From Malacoraja senta (Eukaryota), in contig CM075993.1 in the NCBI GenBank assembly GCA_038087875.1, positions 9,302,001 to 9,366,000 on the forward strand: 64,000 bases of DNA, read 5' to 3'. Numbering within the stretch: the stretch's first letter is position 1; each line of letters begins with the position of its first letter. Both the position numbers and the translations under genes were made by a program. Shown one piece after another: positions 62,496 to 64,000 of the stretch. Under the pieces are notes generated by a model, which worked only from the letters and a program-made list of their open reading frames with translations, was not told where the DNA came from and did no database searches.

Positions 62496-63734
62496 GATGT
62501 GCTTTGCAGGATAGATGGCCATTTAAAATTTCTGTAAATTTATACCACATTGGCTGTAACAGAATCATTATATTCCAAGTCCATTCCTATCCACAGTTTC
62601 ACCAGTATTGCAAATAATACAACATAATTTCAGAAGCTTAGGATCAGTTAAATTGTCAGTTAATGATCAAATAGAGGGAGTTTTCTGTTTGAGTATACTA
62701 TTCACTGAGAATTAGACTAACTATCCAACAAGAGCCATCGACACGCATTTTAAGTTCAGGCATTTTAAGTTTTTTATAAAACATTCAGTAATGCGTCATG
62801 TCAGGCAGTGCAATGCTCAATGCAAAGGCACAGCACGTTTATTTTGGTCAGGATAGTTGTTTAGTGCAGTGAACCCTCGTTATAACAGATCATTGGGGGG
62901 GGGGGGAGATGGTGTCCGTTATTGCGTTATATAACGGATGATGTGTTATATAATTATCCATTATAACAGAGTACAGTATTATCATTGTATATAGTTGAAA
63001 CAAAGAACTACAGATGATGGTTAATACACAAAGTGCTGAAGTAACTCAGCAGGTCAGGCAGCATCGCTGGAGAATATGGATAGGTGACGTCAGGACCCTT
63101 CTTCAGACTGATTGAGGTAGTTTCATCTCAAAACTAGGCACTGATGCCGCTGGTCTGCACCAGCCAGACCCTCTTCTGGTGACTGTTCATGACTGTTGTA
63201 ACTCACATTGTAGCCCCTGTGGGCAGCGCCAATGACAACACGCACTCTGTCACTGTGGGGCTCGCTCCCCTCACACCTGCTGTCACTTCAGGTGGAGTAT
63301 GCCAGCAACTCGGCAAGGGGGTGGGGGGAGGAGGTGGAGGCGGCAGCGGGTGGAAGGGGGAAAAAAAGGCCAAGTGGACAAAGCAATGGGAGGAAGCAGC
63401 TGCGGTCGAAGTCAGGGCTATAAACAGCCAGTGAGATGGTACGAGCCAGGGGTGGGTCAGCAGGTCCGTCGGCTATATCCAAAATTCGTTATAAAGGGGT
63501 ACATTAAATTGAGGATTTACTGTATTATTAAATATACCCATCATTCTTTTTCCCTTATTAAATCCTAATTCAATAGCAATATATGTGTAGCTCAGAGTTG
63601 GGTCAATAACAGAAAAGATGTGAGGTATTGCAGATCGGAGCCAGTTCAGGTTGGCTGTGATTGAGACAGATTATAATTTGGTACCAGAATCATTTTCTAA
63701 CTTATATGGTGTCTTTAAGCATTGCAAATATCCC

Positions 63735-63910
63735 TAGGTTCTTAAGAGTTATCAAAAGCTAGATAGGACTCTTAAAAATAGCAGAGTCGGGGGATTTGGG
63801 GAGAAGGCAGGAACGGGGTACTGATTGGGGATGATCAGCCATGATCACATTGAACAGTGGTGGATCGAAGGGCCAAATGGCCTACTCCTGCTCCTATTGT
63901 CTATTGTCAT
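63735..63910 (+). mobile_element. CR1-clade LINE 3' UTR fragment
   Basis: Similar to the reverse complement of 5760-5920; ctattgt repeat tail. Confidence 0.65.
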
Positions 63911-64000
63911 TCCAAAATTATACAACCACAGAATAAAATGTATACAAATTTATACAAATCGTGATTTATACAAAAATTATACAAAATGTGACTTAACTTT

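Overview
Vertebrate genomic DNA. The HE1/V-SINE, HER1/CR1 and Penelope repeat repertoire points to a cartilaginous fish, probably a skate or ray (inference). There are two 200-N assembly gaps. The only host-gene sequence I can support is two 96-nt EGF-like exons of fibrillin-1 on the minus strand (60357-60452 and 55950-56045); everything to their left reads as one large TE-filled intron. The most notable element is an apparently intact 4273-bp cut-and-paste DNA transposon (34907-39179) with a perfect 7-bp TSD (hATw-like). Its uninterrupted 978-aa ORF has a hAT-type D/D/CxxH/E core and ends in a ~70-aa segment that looks like a Spindlin (Spin/Ssty) Tudor-like chromatin-reader domain. It is inserted, inverted, into a ~1-kb non-autonomous relative that also holds a young L2 LINE. 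A third family member at 15.1-16.1 kb looks like a recombinant of those two lineages. The window also has a five-level TE nest with 8-, 5- and 3-bp TSDs, non-autonomous Helitrons including a head-to-tail pair, many Penelope hammerhead-ribozyme motifs and several long foldbacks. Family names come from motif, TIR and TSD inspection by eye and from recalled family properties, not from database searches.
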